Source: Mobula hypostoma (taxonomy: Eukaryota). From it: a stretch of DNA of 64,000 nt. The stretch is from contig NC_086108.1 of NCBI RefSeq assembly GCF_963921235.1, forward strand, positions 62,186,001 through 62,250,000, read 5' to 3'. The position numbers and the translations under genes were made by a program. The notes under the pieces are model-generated. The model did not search any database, was not told the origin of the DNA, and saw only the letters and a list, made by a program, of their open reading frames with translations. Position 1 is the first letter of the stretch. Every line of letters begins with the position of its first letter. This document shows positions 61,351 to 64,000 of the stretch, piece after piece.

Positions 61351-64000
61351 GGACAATTGCAAAATTTCAGACTGAGTTTCTTAAGCCGATTTCCCAAAGG
61401 GTTCAATTTCATCGAGAGCAGCGTGCCACTCAATCTAATCTGGTTATATTGCCGTTGTGCAAAATCTGCACATGAAAAACTGGTGCTAATGCATTCAATT
61501 TGTAGACAGTAATGCTTCTCCTGGCTTAGCAGCTCCCTTTCTGGCAGGGATGTACTCTGGATGTAGCCAAATCTTAAAGTGTAAAAGACCTCTCACTTTT
61601 TCAGCAAAACATTGGTGGTGGAAGTCTTTGCAACCTAGGAAAATTTATCTTTGCCATCCTCCGCACCACTAAACTCCAGACTTAAAAGAACTCTTCTTCT
61701 TTTTACAGCTATCCACTACTGTGTCATCAAATATTTAAAGAAAAGGTTAAAGAGCTCTAAATAAATAGAATTAAATAGTAATTGTCAATACTTTAATGAC
61801 AGCATAAACTGTATTTTTTAATACTTCTACACTAGATTTTCCAGTATTATTTTGCAATATCTTTTTGTTTCAATGCCACAAAAATTAAAGCTGTGTAAGG
61901 TAAAAAAAAAAGCTTAAACACCACAGCTGACCAAACATTTTTCTCCTTGTCTTGCTTTAATTTAAATCATAATTGGTTATTTTGAATGATATCAATCCTA
62001 TCATTAATTGAATGAGGACTCTTGATATAGCGATATGAAAATATTGTTCACCATTATTACCAATAGGAAATTCAGCCTGTTTTTATTTTTAAGAAACCTC
62101 AGTTTTTAAGGTCTTTTGTTTACATTTTATACTTTCAGAAGGTTTTTGAATATTCCAGAATTATCAAAAATATTTAGGGCTTAGACATCTCTGACAGTCG
62201 GCTAAAACAAAAAAGTGAATGAGCTGTTAAGGTTTTATACATAATTTTGTGGCCCAGATTGTTTGAGTACACGATCACACAACCCAGAGGTGTAAAGAAA
62301 GTCCTACCACAGCTACTAAACGTGGAATCATAATATCCACAAGTTGCCCTTGGAAGATTTATAAATAATCCCTTGAACTTCACTGGGAAATACGCAACTT
62401 TTCTGGAATAATACTTAGCTCACGCTCTGACCATGTGGCAACGCACAGCACCAATGCCATCTTCAAACTCACTGTTGACACTACTGCGGTTGAACAAATT
62501 GCAGGTGGCAAATAATCAGCTACTGGAGCAAGATAGGTTGAATGGTGCCACAGCAACAACCTCTTGCTCAACATCAGCAAAACTAAAGAGCTGATTGTTG
62601 TCTGTGATGCTGCTGCAAATAGGTTTTCTATTGCACCTCTGCATACATGTACTTGTGCCTATGACAATAAACTCAACTTCGACTTATTTAAAAGTACTGT
62701 TCCTAAGCACTGGAGTGACTAACATTTATACACTTGTAGTGCACACAATTATTAACATATTTACTGTATTAAGTCTTGTATTTAGGAGTTGATCTGTAAG
62801 AAAAAACAAATTGTTGTGGACTTACTGAATTTATGGTGGCAGATAGTTTACTTTTTGTTTCTGAATGTCTTCTAAGCACCTGTTTCTTTAGAAATCAGAT
62901 GTTATTCACCTAAACTACACAAGTTAACAATGTAATGTAATGTAGGTTATGTTGATTTTCGTAGTGTACAGGAAAGAAGGTTTGGTTCCTTCATGAGTTA
63001 ATGTCTGTTTTGTTTAGCCAACAAACAATAATAGCAGGTGGGCAAGGCTGAATTCGCAGACGCTAAATGATACTAATTCCCAGACCAATTACTCAGTCTT
63101 CAATGGTTTGGCCTTTTATGACCTTGCTGTAATAAAGTCAGCTATTAGACTCAATTGACAGCAGTTTGAAACTTTTATGTTCTCCGAATCCTGCCTTGTC
63201 GTCTCAAGAGTTTCTGTGCAAACAAACCATTCATATCAAACACATGACAGGTTTTAGAAATTCTGTAGTAATGTTTTTGACACCTTTGTGTGAAATTAAC
63301 TATGTTGAAGTGACTAATATTATTTCTAAACAATAATTGACCAAAAATGCTCTCTTTAAAGGTTTCACTTAACTTTAATCACTCACTCTGAAAATCAAAT
63401 ATAAGGGAAGATGTTTTCTAATTTAATCAGTGAGTAAATCTAACTAAGTCTTGTATTGGTGAAGCATACCAGCTAGAAAATATATGGGCAGAATTTGCTG
63501 CCTCCGATCCCAATGGTAAGTACATCTTTATCTTTTGTGAATACCTATTGATTACTCCCCAAGGCCAGCCTGATCTGTAATGCTAAGATTCTGTGTGGTA
63601 GTTTGCATCAGTTCGAGACAGCGTTCACACTTTGGCACTGGACTCTAGGACCAGCCCATTGGTTAGAATAGCAAAATTAAAATTCCAGTAAGTTTGGCTT
63701 TACTAATCCTTTCCATCATGGTACCGCAGCTACAGAATGTACCTATCACTGAGTCCACTGTTTGGTTCTTTCAGTGGCCTCTGTCATTGAGAAGAATGTA
63801 GTGGTTATGGTAAGAGGTATTTCCATTTTTCACCAGAACAGATACCAGATGCGTATCCATCTGATAGATCGAGCCCATTGAAATATTTTAGACCAGAATA
63901 CATGGGAGCAGAATTAGGCCACTTAGCCCATTGAGTCTGCTCTGCTATTTGATCATCGCTGATTTATTACATCCTCTCAACCCCATTCTCCTGACTTCTC

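Overview
This is eukaryotic, AT-rich, repeat-dense vertebrate DNA. The repeat set (CR1, Rex1/Babar, Penelope, HE1/V-SINE, Deu-SINE, Tc1) points to a cartilaginous fish, probably a ray (inference). It holds three protein-coding genes, all on the minus strand. (1) The 5' part of MYSM1: coding exons 1-6 at 32663->5067, running off the left edge, with a GT-AG U12 (minor-spliceosome) intron 3. (2) A complete, uncharacterised 5-exon gene at 45124->33341 encoding a 275-aa protein with an ISY1-like N-terminus (MARNEEK...), whose stop codon lies only ~680 bp upstream of the MYSM1 ATG. (3) An intronless 749-aa CARD + ankyrin-repeat ORF at 51976->49727 matching the inflammasome adaptor CAIAP. Almost all other ORFs in the track are transposon debris. 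Non-obvious signals: about a dozen Penelope-derived minimal hammerhead-ribozyme motifs, including a ~123-bp ribozyme-only insertion with a 13-bp TSD lying in sense within MYSM1 intron 5; a Tigger4/Zombi-like DNA transposon; an RT-less chromoviral Gypsy element upstream of caiap; a solo LTR antisense in MYSM1 intron 1; a 3x49-bp GC-box/CRE/E-box promoter repeat; a candidate poison exon; and a 23-bp templated duplication. Exon coordinates were read by hand from splice sites and checked for frame continuity. Repeat boundaries without a TSD are approximate, and family assignments come from recalled motifs, not database searches.
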